61,188 nucleotides of DNA from Patescibacteria group bacterium. Lineage in GTDB: Bacteria; Patescibacteriota; Minisyncoccia; Phycocordibacterales; SBAW01. The DNA lies in contig JACOWS010000006.1 of assembly GCA_016176685.1 (NCBI GenBank), positions 1 through 61,188 on the forward strand. Direction: 5' to 3'. Under the pieces are notes generated by a model. The model did no database searches and was not told where the DNA came from. It saw only the letters and a list, made by a program, of their open reading frames with translations. Below, piece after piece: positions 37,178 to 46,578 of the stretch (its first letter is position 1; the number at the start of each line of letters is the position of its first letter). The translations under genes were made by a program, and so were the position numbers.

Positions 37178-37339
37178 CAAAAGACAATAAAACCTGCCCT
37201 GCGGCAGGTTTTTTGCTTTTGTCCGAGGCGCAGCTATGTCCCGCACTTGCGGGACAGCGAGCCGGGGTCGCGAGCGCACCGAGTGACGGCGAGGTGCGAC
37301 TTGTGACGACAAGGTATTATGATATAGCATGCAGAATAT

Positions 37340-37424
37340 GCTGGGGTGGCGAAATTGGTAGACGCACCTGCCTTAGGAGCAGGTGGGGCAACCCTTGGAG
37401 GTTCGAGTCCTCTCCCCAGCACCA
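37340..37424 (+). tRNA. trnL: tRNA-Leu(TAG)
   Basis: GCTGGGG acceptor; loop CTTAGGA; variable arm; encoded CCA. Confidence 0.94.
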
Positions 37425-37571
37425 GTTCGGAAATTGCAAGTCATTGAAAGTGCACCCGGCCAAAAATATCGATGCCCGAAGTCTAGTGTACTTGTTTATT
37501 ACTCACGACCGCGAGAGATAAACAAGTTACTTAAGGGTTTTTAAATCCGGTTTTTAAGGGGTTTTTGGGCC

Positions 37572-37601
37572 TTGACTTTTGGCCGTTTTGTATGATATAA
37601 T
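37572..37601 (+). promoter_or_regulatory. sigma70 promoter with extended -10
   Basis: TTGACT-N18-TATAAT with TGn; phased T5 tracts upstream (37538, 37551, 37562). Confidence 0.75.
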
Positions 37602-37667
37602 TTTTTATGGAAAGGCGACATGAGGTCGCCCGCAATCGCCACAGACCTTTGACTTGAGAGGTGCAAC

Positions 37668-38663
37668 ATGACAAGCACTACATCTACAACTCCGGAAGAG
37701 CCCCCGGCGTGGGTTCAGATGGAAGAAGAGGCAGCACAAGCTGCCATGAGTCAGATAAGCATCTTGGTAGGCGCAGTGTTCTCTCTGCTCCTAGCCCTGG
37801 TGCTCGACCTCCCAATGCGCCACCTGTTCGCTCTTATTGGGTTGGGTGACTCCCTACTCGTGAACGGCGTGTTCGTACTGACCGTCGGGAGCCTCTACTT
37901 CTTGTGGGGACTCGATAATATCCCCATAGGTTTTCGCGGCGTCGTCCTTTTTTTGGGAAGACGCTTGTTGCGAAACGGTAAGGGGCTCTCGGAAGGGTAC
38001 CAGTGGACCCCACAGCCAATCATGTTCATCAGGCAGGTCGACTGCAAGCCAAAATCGATTGACATAAGCGACGAGGAAGGAGCCTATACCTCTGACGGGG
38101 TCTTAATAGCCACCAATGGCATCCAAAGACTTCGGGTTGGCGGTCCTTACCGCTTCCTCGGTGTTGACGATGCTGTCCTATCGCTGGAGCGACTGGCTCG
38201 CCAGGCAGTCCGCATTGTCATGAAACAAAAAACAGCTGTTCAGGCCCGTAACGCGGACAAAAAAGACTTTTCCGACGAGGTTGCGAGAGTGCTCCACGCC
38301 CAGCTCTACTCCACAAACAACCCGAATGCGGTCATGTGGGGCCTCAATACGGGCACCACTATCATTGACGATATCTGGGCCGTGGACGAAAAGTTGGAAG
38401 CCGCCTGGGCCGCACAGGTACGGGAGCAGGCCGAGGGTGTGGCAGAGGCTGTTCAAACCGCTCGGCGCCGTGAGCAAGCGCAGCAATACATCAACATGGG
38501 GGCAAGCCCTGACTTGGCAGTTATTGCTGCACAAACCGACGTCGAGAAGCCTCATGCTAGCATCAGTGCCACTGCCTTGCCGGGGATACCCGGGGCCATC
38601 ACGGCGGCGGCAAATGCACTCGCTGAGGCCATCAAGGGCTGGTCTGGGAGTGGGAGGAAGTAA
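37668..38663 (+). CDS. SPFH (stomatin/prohibitin/band-7) domain membrane protein
   Basis: TM helices, then IPIGFRGVVLFLGRR...EGYQW, and a C-terminal coiled coil (REQAEGVAEAVQTARRREQ). Confidence 0.75.
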   Translation: MTSTTSTTPEEPPAWVQMEEEAAQAAMSQISILVGAVFSLLLALVLDLPMRHLFALIGLGDSLLVNGVFVLTVGSLYFLWGLDNIPIGFRGVVLFLGRRLLRNGKGLSEGYQWTPQPIMFIRQVDCKPKSIDISDEEGAYTSDGVLIATNGIQRLRVGGPYRFLGVDDAVLSLERLARQAVRIVMKQKTAVQARNADKKDFSDEVARVLHAQLYSTNNPNAVMWGLNTGTTIIDDIWAVDEKLEAAWAAQVREQAEGVAEAVQTARRREQAQQYINMGASPDLAVIAAQTDVEKPHASISATALPGIPGAITAAANALAEAIKGWSGSGRK

Positions 38664-38665
38664 AC

Positions 38666-39076
38666 ATGAACAAAACTCTCATTGCAAAATGGATTGCTGG
38701 TATTGGTTTTTCGCTGCTTGTTGTTGCCGGTATCTACAACTGGGCTACAAGCCCTGGTGTAGGACGGCACACCGCCACCCAGCAGTCGGCTGCTACCTCC
38801 GTACCGCTGGAGTACAAGCTGGTGACACTCGACGGAGTGAAGCGGGTCATAAACCCCACACTCCAGCAGGTGCGGACATCGGTAGAGTCCGAGGGCTGTA
38901 TTCTGCTCTACAATCGGGCTGGCCGTTATAACGGAAAGTCCTGTAGCGGCCCAAATCACGAAATAATTAATGGTCTTGGGTACTCGGCCAAGACCGAAAG
39001 CGGACAGAAGATGTTGGTCATGGTGACCATTTGTCCGCTTGGCAGCCCGGGGACGAACTCCGGCAGCTGCAATTAG
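38666..39076 (+). CDS. secreted/membrane-anchored hypothetical protein
   Basis: N-terminal hydrophobic segment, four Cys; co-oriented 2 nt after the SPFH gene. Confidence 0.65.
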   Translation: MNKTLIAKWIAGIGFSLLVVAGIYNWATSPGVGRHTATQQSAATSVPLEYKLVTLDGVKRVINPTLQQVRTSVESEGCILLYNRAGRYNGKSCSGPNHEIINGLGYSAKTESGQKMLVMVTICPLGSPGTNSGSCN

Positions 39077-39087
39077 AACACGACGTC

Positions 39088-39124
39088 GCGGCGGAACCTT
39101 TCGAGGTTCCGCCGCTTTATTTTT
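39088..39124. terminator. terminator between convergent genes
   Basis: GCGGCGGAACCT-TTCG-AGGTTCCGCCGC followed by TTTATTTTT. Confidence 0.85.
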
Positions 39125-39130
39125 ATGAAA

Positions 39131-39457
39131 TTAAATCCCGCCGCTGCACACGCCGCCAGGACCTGGTGGAAGGTCGCCGGGGCACAACGAGGCGGGTGCC
39201 CCCGGTAGCGGAAACGTATTTACTATAATCCCCACAATGGCATATGCCGCCACCATTACAAACATCCCCACCAGGCCCCAGAACATATGCTTGCGACCGC
39301 TGTCTATCCCGACGCTCTTGCCGCTTTTGTTAAGATTGAAAAGAAATTCGACTATGCCGAATATAAACACCAAAAGACCCACCGCAAAAAGCAGTAACAA
39401 AAGCGGGTTGATGAGCACGGTCGCTATGTTGTCGACCAAGCTACTTATAGAATCCAT
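39131..39457 (-). CDS. VirB2/TrbC-like pilin
   Basis: LINPLLLLLFAVGLLVFIFGIVEFL...GRKHMFWGLVGMFVMVAAYAIV two-helix pilin pattern. Confidence 0.75.
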   Translation of the reverse strand: MDSISSLVDNIATVLINPLLLLLFAVGLLVFIFGIVEFLFNLNKSGKSVGIDSGRKHMFWGLVGMFVMVAAYAIVGIIVNTFPLPGAPASLCPGDLPPGPGGVCSGGI

Positions 39458-39470
39458 ACGCTCTTAGCTT

Positions 39471-39818
39471 TTACCCGTGCGGGATAGCAGGGACAGTGGG
39501 GACGACATTACTGGGGACGCCAAGCGCACTCTGTAGTAGGGCGATAATCCCCCAAAGAGATACCATGATAAACAGCGCTGCTATGCCGGCGAACATTATC
39601 TTCTTTCCCTTTTCATTACCCTCCTTGCCGGATTTAAATATATACACCAAGAGCCCCCAGAAGAAGACTACCACCGCCGCCCCTATAAGGAGCGGCACCA
39701 GGGCAATAACAATACCGTTTAGCGCCGCTATGAGGTTGCGTATCGGGATGAGCGATTGGGCCAGAGCCAAAAGCGGCGTAAAGAAAAGCACAGACGAAAA
39801 TAGTGCGGTCTTTTTCAT
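39471..39818 (-). CDS. VirB2/TrbC-like pilin
   Basis: Signal peptide; LVPLLIGAAVVVFFWG...GKKIMFAGIAALFIMVSLWGII. Confidence 0.8.
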   Translation of the reverse strand: MKKTALFSSVLFFTPLLALAQSLIPIRNLIAALNGIVIALVPLLIGAAVVVFFWGLLVYIFKSGKEGNEKGKKIMFAGIAALFIMVSLWGIIALLQSALGVPSNVVPTVPAIPHG

Positions 39819-39902
39819 AGTAAAAAAGTGACAAATAATCTATAGCTGCACTTTTAAGTGTAACAAGCGAGCAGTGGGAGGCAAGCACCTAGTGTGGATA
39901 GG

Positions 39903-40205
39903 CTAGTAAATCGCGGGGAAGGTGCTGGTTTGACTCGCCGGCGCGGCTTGGTCAAGCAAAGAGGAGGTAAAAAAGCGCAGTATCCCCCAGACAGAGACAA
40001 GTACAAACAGCGCTACTATGCCCCATATAAGCATATCTTTGTCTTTGTTTTTGCCCTTGACGCTCTGCGCCCGCATGATAAAACGCACTCCTCCGTAGAG
40101 AAAGAGCACCAGCGCCGCGCCGGATAGTACCGGTATCACCAGGTTGATGAGCCCCACCAAGACCCCTACCAGGTCGCCAAAGTTTTGCGCAGCAGAAAAG
40201 TTCAT
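39903..40205 (-). CDS. VirB2/TrbC-like pilin
   Basis: VIPVLSGAALVLFLYGGVRFI...KDMLIWGIVALFVLVSVWGIL. Confidence 0.78.
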   Translation of the reverse strand: MNFSAAQNFGDLVGVLVGLINLVIPVLSGAALVLFLYGGVRFIMRAQSVKGKNKDKDMLIWGIVALFVLVSVWGILRFFTSSLLDQAAPASQTSTFPAIY

Positions 40206-40208
40206 AGG

Positions 40209-40655
40209 TTAAAAACAAGTGTTAAAGCCGCTGCCGCCCAGCTGCAGGAGCGTGTTGGCCACCACCTGCGCGAGGAACCACGCGCCGACAAACAGCGCGA
40301 TACCGACCATGGTGTAGTAGATATTTTTCTTTGCATTGCCGAGCTTTTTGGGGTTGCCGAGCGCCAGCACAAACTTGAGCCCCGCGATGACCATAAACAC
40401 CACCGCAATGGGTATCCCGAGCGTAAGGGTGACGCTAAACACCGCGTTTAAGAGCTCGCAAAGGGTGGAGCCGTGCGCCAGGGGGTTTTGGAGGGTGAAA
40501 GAATTTGAAGGCTGTTGTACAGTGTTGCTGGTAGGTTGAAAAGGATCGCTAGTCGGCTGTTGCACAGTCACGGCCTGGACACTGATGGGGAGAATAAAAA
40601 ATAATGCGACTGTAACCCCTACCACCTGCCGATGCTTCCAAAAAAAGTATTGCAT
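40209..40655 (-). CDS. VirB2/TrbC-like pilin
   Basis: LQNPL...LGIPIAVVFMVIAGLKFVLALGNPKKLGNAKKNIYYTMVG. Confidence 0.8.
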   Translation of the reverse strand: MQYFFWKHRQVVGVTVALFFILPISVQAVTVQQPTSDPFQPTSNTVQQPSNSFTLQNPLAHGSTLCELLNAVFSVTLTLGIPIAVVFMVIAGLKFVLALGNPKKLGNAKKNIYYTMVGIALFVGAWFLAQVVANTLLQLGGSGFNTCF

Positions 40656-40657
40656 AG

Positions 40658-41962
40658 TTAGTTTGGCAACAGCGCTTCAAACTCTTGAGCCGCCGCGGCA
40701 ACCGCGGCGGCGGGCTCATTTTTGCCGCTTATAACCGATTCTACCATGGTCTGGAATATGCGATTTGTCGCCTTGGGCGATGGGTCGAGCCACCCGCGCG
40801 CCAACAAAGCAGATTGCACAAACACCGCCATGGCCGCGTTGTTTGCGGTGTCGAGCACCACATCGCGCCGCACGGGCGGGAGCCCCGTGAGCGGCGCTAG
40901 AGCCCCGATACCTTTTTTGTCGGTTAGGCGTTGTGCCACGGTGAGCGCTCCTTGGGGATTATGGCTGCTGCGGGGTATAGCCAAGCTAACCAGCCGACCG
41001 TAGGTCGCCTTGACGCCGCCACCCTCTATCTGCGGCAGCACTGCCGCGCTAAAGCGCAAGTTGGGGTTGCGCTCTAAAAGTCCTGGATATTCGCTCGCGT
41101 AGCCAAAGTAGACGGCTACGTCACCCGCGACAAAAGCGTTGTCCGAGCGCGGGAGCGAGCGGTTCCACGAGTAGCTAGTTTTGGATGGGTTGCCAAACTC
41201 GGTGTAAAAGCGCAGGGCCGATTCCGACGGCGTACTTTGTGCGTTTGTCGGACGCCTGCCAAACACCGAGCCGGGTGTGCCGTCCTCGCCGCGTACCACA
41301 ATGCGGTCGCCTGCCTGCATAAACAGCGTGGCCAAAATGTCTTTGGCATGGAAAATATTTTCCCATTGCCCGAGCGCCACGGCGCTCTTTTTTACCGTCG
41401 CCCCCGCGTCAAGCGAGGTTACCTTTGGCGCGAGGTCAAAAAACTCGTTCCAATACTTGGGCGGCAAGGCAACCCCCGCACCGGCAAGCAGGTCGCGGTT
41501 CCAATACATTACCAGGGGGTCGATTATAAACGGCAGTGCCAAGGAGCCGTCCTGGGTTAAAAAGAGTTGCCCCTCGTCTATATACGAGCCGATAAAGCTG
41601 GCCTGCGACACCGCGCCGTAGGGTATGGTGAGCACTTTGTCGGCAAACGCCAACAACTCGTCTTGCGAAAGCATAATAAGGTCCGGGCCGGTGCCCGAGG
41701 CCATGGCGTTAATCAGCTCGGAGTCGTATGTTTCCGGCTTTTTTTGCACGTAGCTGACATTTTGAAACGTCTTGTCCTTTGGCCGCAACTCTCCAAACAC
41801 ACGCTGCAGCACATTGCTGTCTACAGTTCCCCACACCACCACCGAGCCGACCTCTTTCGAGCCGCCGAGGCCGCCGGACACCGCAAACACACCCACCCCC
41901 ACCAAAATAAGGGCGGCAAAAATCCCGAGTACGACTATTTGAAAGGTGGTGAGTTGGTGCAT
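40658..41962 (-). CDS. extracellular solute-binding protein (sugar-binding family 1-like), membrane-anchored
   Basis: N-terminal TM; GTGPDLIM, LPFIIDPLVMYWNRDLL, AFVAGDVAVYFGY. Confidence 0.85.
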   Translation of the reverse strand: MHQLTTFQIVVLGIFAALILVGVGVFAVSGGLGGSKEVGSVVVWGTVDSNVLQRVFGELRPKDKTFQNVSYVQKKPETYDSELINAMASGTGPDLIMLSQDELLAFADKVLTIPYGAVSQASFIGSYIDEGQLFLTQDGSLALPFIIDPLVMYWNRDLLAGAGVALPPKYWNEFFDLAPKVTSLDAGATVKKSAVALGQWENIFHAKDILATLFMQAGDRIVVRGEDGTPGSVFGRRPTNAQSTPSESALRFYTEFGNPSKTSYSWNRSLPRSDNAFVAGDVAVYFGYASEYPGLLERNPNLRFSAAVLPQIEGGGVKATYGRLVSLAIPRSSHNPQGALTVAQRLTDKKGIGALAPLTGLPPVRRDVVLDTANNAAMAVFVQSALLARGWLDPSPKATNRIFQTMVESVISGKNEPAAAVAAAAQEFEALLPN

Positions 41963-41974
41963 AGTTTGTTTGTA

Positions 41975-42532
41975 CTATTGTGCGCGCCCTCGCCGCGTTT
42001 TGCGAAAGAGTAATCCCCAATGGTACTCCCCTGCCGGCACTTGAGTGGGCGGCGCAAACCCTTGCGACTCAAACAATTTTTGCGCCTGGGCGGCAGAAAC
42101 CACGTGGTCTTGATGCGGCCCCAAGCCGCCAAACGACTCGCGCCAGTCTACCAAGAGAGCCCTGCCGCCCGGTTTAAGCACCCTATACGCCTCGGCGGCA
42201 AGCTCGCGCTTGTGCTCGACGGCAAAGAGTAGGTTGGCCACTACCACTGTGTCGAGCCCTTCTGCGGGGAGATTGCTGCCGCCGGCAACTTCAACGTCGC
42301 CGTAGACCACTTCCACATTGGCAAGACCTTCTGTCAGTGCCACACTTTTAATGTGCGGGAGTATGTCGCGATGGATGTCCACCGCCCACACGGCTCCTCC
42401 CTGCCCCACCAGGCGCGCGGCGGCGCGGGTAAAAAAGCCGGAGCCCGCGCCAAAGTCGGCGACCTGCATCCCTTCGTGGATACCTGCGGCGCGCGCAACC
42501 TTAAGCGGGTTTAAAAAAGAGCTCTCTGCCAT
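41975..42532 (-). CDS. class I SAM-dependent methyltransferase
   Basis: VADFGAGSGFFT motif I; AVDI; LKPGGRALLVDW. Confidence 0.88.
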   Translation of the reverse strand: MAESSFLNPLKVARAAGIHEGMQVADFGAGSGFFTRAAARLVGQGGAVWAVDIHRDILPHIKSVALTEGLANVEVVYGDVEVAGGSNLPAEGLDTVVVANLLFAVEHKRELAAEAYRVLKPGGRALLVDWRESFGGLGPHQDHVVSAAQAQKLFESQGFAPPTQVPAGEYHWGLLFRKTRRGRAQ

Positions 42533-42641
42533 TGCCTACAGTATATCACCGCCTTTGGCGGAATCCCGCTGTAAACGGTGATCGTATAAAAAACAAACCG
42601 CCGGCGTAAAACGCCGGCGGGCAGAGGTTTAGTGAACCATT

Positions 42642-42809
42642 TCAACTTGGGAAAAAATAAAGTAACACAGAAAGAAACAGTGTGCCAGCCGTGAGCATTA
42701 CGACTGTAATACCCAAAGCCTCGAAAAATACTTTCGGGTTTATTTTTTCCTCTTTGCGGTGGCGGTACCATTTCGTGCGGGTAGCACGCGCTCCCCAGAA
42801 CGCAGACAT
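42642..42809 (-). CDS. small membrane protein, 55 aa
   Basis: SD AAGGAG before ATG 42809; promoter TTGTCA-N17-TATACT (42877-42849); single C-terminal TM. Confidence 0.55.
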   Translation of the reverse strand: MSAFWGARATRTKWYRHRKEEKINPKVFFEALGITVVMLTAGTLFLSVLLYFFPS

Positions 42810-42923
42810 GGCAGTCTCCTTTTTCAAACAAGTTGACAACTATTCAATAGTATACTTTCTTGCTCCATTCCTGACAAGCCATATACAGTATATTATTTTT
42901 TAAAATTATAATATATCAAAATT

Positions 42924-42953
42924 TATTCCGGTATTCTGCAGAATACCGGAATA
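42924..42953. repeat. perfect 30-bp intergenic palindrome
   Basis: TATTCCGGTATTCTGCAGAATACCGGAATA. Confidence 0.9.
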
Positions 42954-43032
42954 CTTAGGAGACGGCTACTGACTTGCTATGGCAAGTCAATGGAATTCTA
43001 TTGTACCTTCTCAAAACTTTTGCGAGAGAATT

Positions 43033-45519
43033 TTACAAACACACAAAGGAGGCGATAGCATCGCCTTCGTGCAAGCGCATAATGCGCACCCCTTGGGTGG
43101 AACGCGAGAGCGAAGGGATCTCTTTGAGCTCGGTGCGTATCACCTGACCTTTTTTGGAGATGACCACAATCTCGTCTGCACCCACTCCCTCCTCTTTTGA
43201 AATAATATGTGCGGCAATGAGCGGGCCGGTCTTCGGCGTCACTTTTACCGTTTTGATGCCCGAGCCGCCGCGTTTTTGCGTTTTATACTCTTTTACCGGC
43301 GTGGTTTTGCCGTAGCCGTTGCGGGAGACCACCAGCACCTCTACCTCTTTAGCGCCCTTTGGCACCATGTCGGCCGCGACAATAGTGTCGCCCGCGCCCA
43401 ACTTCATCCCGCGCACACCGCCGGCCGTGCGGCCCATCGCGCGGACATCACCCTCTTTAAACTTGATAGACTGTCCCTTTGCGGTGGCAAGCAAAATGTC
43501 GTCGCCTTTTTCCACAAACAAAGCGGCAATGAGCTCGTCGCCCTTTTGGAGTTTTATGGCAATAAGCCCACTACGCCTTACGTCGTGGAAGGCGGTTGCA
43601 TCAACCTTTTTTGCAACGCCATGCTTGGTTATCATGTACAAAAACTTTTCGCCCGCCTTTTGACCCTTGCGCATGGGGAGTATGCCGGTAACCTGCTCGT
43701 CGCCCCCCACGGAAAGGAAGTTGACAATGGCCTTGCCCTTGGTCGAGCGTTTGCCCTCGGGCAGTTCATACATCTTTAGCTGATAGGCCTTGCCCGCGTT
43801 GGTAAAGAAGAGCAGGTCGCTGTGTGTCGAGGTGGTGAGGAAGGTGGTGACAAAGTCCTCCTCTTTGGTGTTGAGGTCTATTACCCCCACCCCGCCGCGC
43901 TTTTGCTTGCGAAATTCCTCCGGGTTGGTGCGCTTAACATAACCGCCCTGGGTGAGGGTCAGCACCTGCTCTTCGTCGGGCACCAAGTCCTCTATGTTTA
44001 TGACGCCGGCAGGGCCCTTCATCATTTTGGTTTTGCGGTCGTCGCCAAACCGTTTGGCGGTGTCCGCAATTTCCCCCTTGATGATGCCGAGCATTTTCTT
44101 TTCGCTCTTTAAGAGCTCGGTCAGCTCTCCCATTAGCGCTTGCACCTCTTTGAGCTCATCCTCAACCTTTTGGCGCTCGAGGTTGGCGAGCTTTTGCAGG
44201 CGCATTTCCAAAATGGCCGTTGTTTGCAGGGGCGAAAACTTAAACTTTTTTATCAAATTGGCGTGGGCGTCGGCCACGTCTTTGGAGGCGCGGATTGTTT
44301 TTATTATTTCGTCTATATGGTCGAGCGCCTTTTTAAGCCCGAGCAATATGTGTTCGCGCTCTGTGACGCGGGTCAGGTCAAACTGCGTGCGGCGGCGCAC
44401 CACCTCCTGCCGGTGCTTGATAAACTCCTGCAAAATTCCCTTGAGCGAGAGCGTTCTTGGCACGCCGTCTACCAGCACCACCATGTTGAAGTGGAAAGTG
44501 TCTTCAAGCGCGGTGTGTTTGTAGAGATAGTTTAAAACTTTTTGCGGATGTGCACCTTGCTTCAGGTCTATAGCAATGCGGATGTCGCGGGTGGACTCGT
44601 CGCGCAGCCCGCGGATGCCGTCTATTTTTTTGTCGCGCACCAAGTCGGCGATGCGCACGATGAGGTCTGCTTTGTTGACCCGATACGGGATGCTGGTGAC
44701 GATAATCTGGAAGTCGCCCTTTTTGCCTTCCACAATTTCGGCATTGCCGCGCACCACCACCCCGCCTTTGCCGGTGGAGTAGGCGTGAAGCAGGTCTTTT
44801 TTATTAAAAGCAACGGCGCCAACAGGAAAGTCGGGCCCCGTAACAAACTGCATCAAGTCCTCTACCGAGGCCCCGGGGTTGTCTATCAAATGTGCGAGTG
44901 CGTGGGAAAGCTCGTGCAGGTTGTGCGGCGGAATGTTGGTTGCCATGCCCACCGCAATGCCGAGTGTGCCGTTGAGCAAAATGTTTGGCACCGCCGCGGG
45001 CAGGACCTCGGGCTCTTTAAGCGAGCCGTCGTAGTTCCCCCGCCATTCGACCGTGTCTTTTTCCAAATCGTGCAAAAGTTCCATGGCGAGCGGGGACATC
45101 TTTGCCTCGGTGTAGCGCATGGCCGCCGCCGAGTCGCCGTCTATCGAGCCGAAGTTGCCTTGGCCGAGCACCAGCGGGTAGCGCATCACAAAGTCTTGCG
45201 CCATTTTGACCATTGCCTCATAGACCGCGGAGTCGCCGTGCGGGTGGTATTTGCCCAAAACATCGCCCACTACTGCCGCACTTTTGCGGAAGCGCGATTG
45301 CGGGGTCAACCCCATGCGATGCATCGTGTAGAGGATGCGCCGGTGCACGGGCTTAAGCCCGTCGCGCACATCGGGGAGAGCGCGCGAGGTAATGACCGAC
45401 ATTGCGTAGTCTAGGTATGCCTCGCGCATCTCTTGTGAAATGTTGCGCGACACAATACCCTGCTCCGCCGTTCGTTGTGGCACTTCGCCAGCCGGCGGTT
45501 TTTTTTCTCCCTTAGCCAT
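43033..45519 (-). CDS. gyrA: DNA gyrase subunit A
   Basis: [22 protein letters not shown]; GyrA-box QKRGGVG and beta-pinwheel repeats. Confidence 0.97.
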   Translation of the reverse strand: MAKGEKKPPAGEVPQRTAEQGIVSRNISQEMREAYLDYAMSVITSRALPDVRDGLKPVHRRILYTMHRMGLTPQSRFRKSAAVVGDVLGKYHPHGDSAVYEAMVKMAQDFVMRYPLVLGQGNFGSIDGDSAAAMRYTEAKMSPLAMELLHDLEKDTVEWRGNYDGSLKEPEVLPAAVPNILLNGTLGIAVGMATNIPPHNLHELSHALAHLIDNPGASVEDLMQFVTGPDFPVGAVAFNKKDLLHAYSTGKGGVVVRGNAEIVEGKKGDFQIIVTSIPYRVNKADLIVRIADLVRDKKIDGIRGLRDESTRDIRIAIDLKQGAHPQKVLNYLYKHTALEDTFHFNMVVLVDGVPRTLSLKGILQEFIKHRQEVVRRRTQFDLTRVTEREHILLGLKKALDHIDEIIKTIRASKDVADAHANLIKKFKFSPLQTTAILEMRLQKLANLERQKVEDELKEVQALMGELTELLKSEKKMLGIIKGEIADTAKRFGDDRKTKMMKGPAGVINIEDLVPDEEQVLTLTQGGYVKRTNPEEFRKQKRGGVGVIDLNTKEEDFVTTFLTTSTHSDLLFFTNAGKAYQLKMYELPEGKRSTKGKAIVNFLSVGGDEQVTGILPMRKGQKAGEKFLYMITKHGVAKKVDATAFHDVRRSGLIAIKLQKGDELIAALFVEKGDDILLATAKGQSIKFKEGDVRAMGRTAGGVRGMKLGAGDTIVAADMVPKGAKEVEVLVVSRNGYGKTTPVKEYKTQKRGGSGIKTVKVTPKTGPLIAAHIISKEEGVGADEIVVISKKGQVIRTELKEIPSLSRSTQGVRIMRLHEGDAIASFVCL

Positions 45520-45520
45520 A

Positions 45521-45781
45521 TCAGTTGTTGAAAACGCTCGTGGTGGCCACTTCTAACCCGTTTGTTTGTGTTTGATAGTTCACCACTGCGGCGGTCTGTG
45601 TGCTGTCAGCGCCGCCTATAGCGCTGGGGTTGCCCGTGCCAGGGTTGGCAAGCCGCACGCCAAGAGACGCCGCCCAGGTGACAAAAAGCACTGTAGTGAG
45701 CGCGCCCGCCGCGCGCATGGCAAACTGCCGCCTCTCGTGCGGGGCCGTGTTTTCCTGCAGATGTTTAAAATATTTTTTCAT
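45521..45781 (-). CDS. small single-pass membrane protein
   Basis: 86 aa, one TM, in the operon upstream of gyrA. Confidence 0.65.
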   Translation of the reverse strand: MKKYFKHLQENTAPHERRQFAMRAAGALTTVLFVTWAASLGVRLANPGTGNPSAIGGADSTQTAAVVNYQTQTNGLEVATTSVFNN

Positions 45782-45787
45782 CTTTCT

Positions 45788-46450
45788 CTATGCACTCAAC
45801 ACTATAACCTCGCCCTCTTTGCCCTCCAGATCTTTTTTCTTTACCGTCAGTTTGTCTATCGGTACTACCTCCTCTGCTCCGGCCTCTTTAAGAAACGCTT
45901 TAAGCGCGCCTGGCTCGCAGCGACCTGAAGGTAGGTCATAGCCCATAGGCACCACTGCCTTCGGCTCCAATTGTACCGCAAGCTTGTATGCCTCGCTCGC
46001 ATCAAGCATCCCCGAGCCCCCTATGGGGACAAAAAGTATGTCGATGTCGTCGAGCTCTTGGAGCGCCTCCTTGGAAAGGGCCAGGTTGCCCAAGGCGCCC
46101 AAAAAAACCAGGTTCATCCCTTCAAAAAGGATACTATATACAGTATTGAGTCCCCTTTCTCCACCCGCCTTGCCGGCAGAAAGGTCGTAGCTGGTTTCCG
46201 AGGCAAAACCGCGCACCGCCACTCCCTTGACTTCGTACTCGCCGGGGCCCTGTATGGCAAACGGTTCGCGCTCGCCGTACACGCAATTTTCTACCCCGTT
46301 AAAGTCCTCGTGGTTGTAGGAAACGAGCACAATGTCGGAGCCGAATTTTGGCGACTTAAGGTCGGAGTCTTTGGAGGGCGGGTTGAGAGCTATGGTGAGC
46401 TCCCCTTGCGATATCTTGAAGCACTCACCCCCCAAATAGGTTATCACCAT
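45788..46450 (-). CDS. MBL-fold protein (Lactamase_B_3-like), degenerate metal motif
   Basis: MVITYLGGECFKI; VSYNHEDFN in place of SHxHxDH; GPGEYEVKGV; DILFVPIGG; VVPMGY. Confidence 0.8.
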   Translation of the reverse strand: MVITYLGGECFKISQGELTIALNPPSKDSDLKSPKFGSDIVLVSYNHEDFNGVENCVYGEREPFAIQGPGEYEVKGVAVRGFASETSYDLSAGKAGGERGLNTVYSILFEGMNLVFLGALGNLALSKEALQELDDIDILFVPIGGSGMLDASEAYKLAVQLEPKAVVPMGYDLPSGRCEPGALKAFLKEAGAEEVVPIDKLTVKKKDLEGKEGEVIVLSA

Positions 46451-46534
46451 ATAACAATTATAGCATATGTTGCGCTGTTTTAAAAGCGTGCTAGGGTAAA
46501 TATTGCGCCTACCGCATGGGCCCTTTCTATATTT

Positions 46535-46543
46535 TGTGGATAA
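46535..46543 (-). promoter_or_regulatory. perfect DnaA box TTATCCACA
   Basis: Exact 9-mer on the minus strand, 5 nt upstream of a TTGACA. Confidence 0.6.
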
Positions 46544-46578
46544 GTGGTTTGACAAAAAACTATTTTGATATAGTATCT

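Noticed and set aside
37531-37567. CtrA boxes near the SPFH promoter
   Set aside because: The TTAA half-sites are spaced N6 and N9, not N7; they are better read as phased T-tracts.
42850-46543. oriC near gyrA
   Set aside because: Only one perfect DnaA box was found, there is no box cluster beside the AT-rich gap, and dnaA/dnaN are not in the window.
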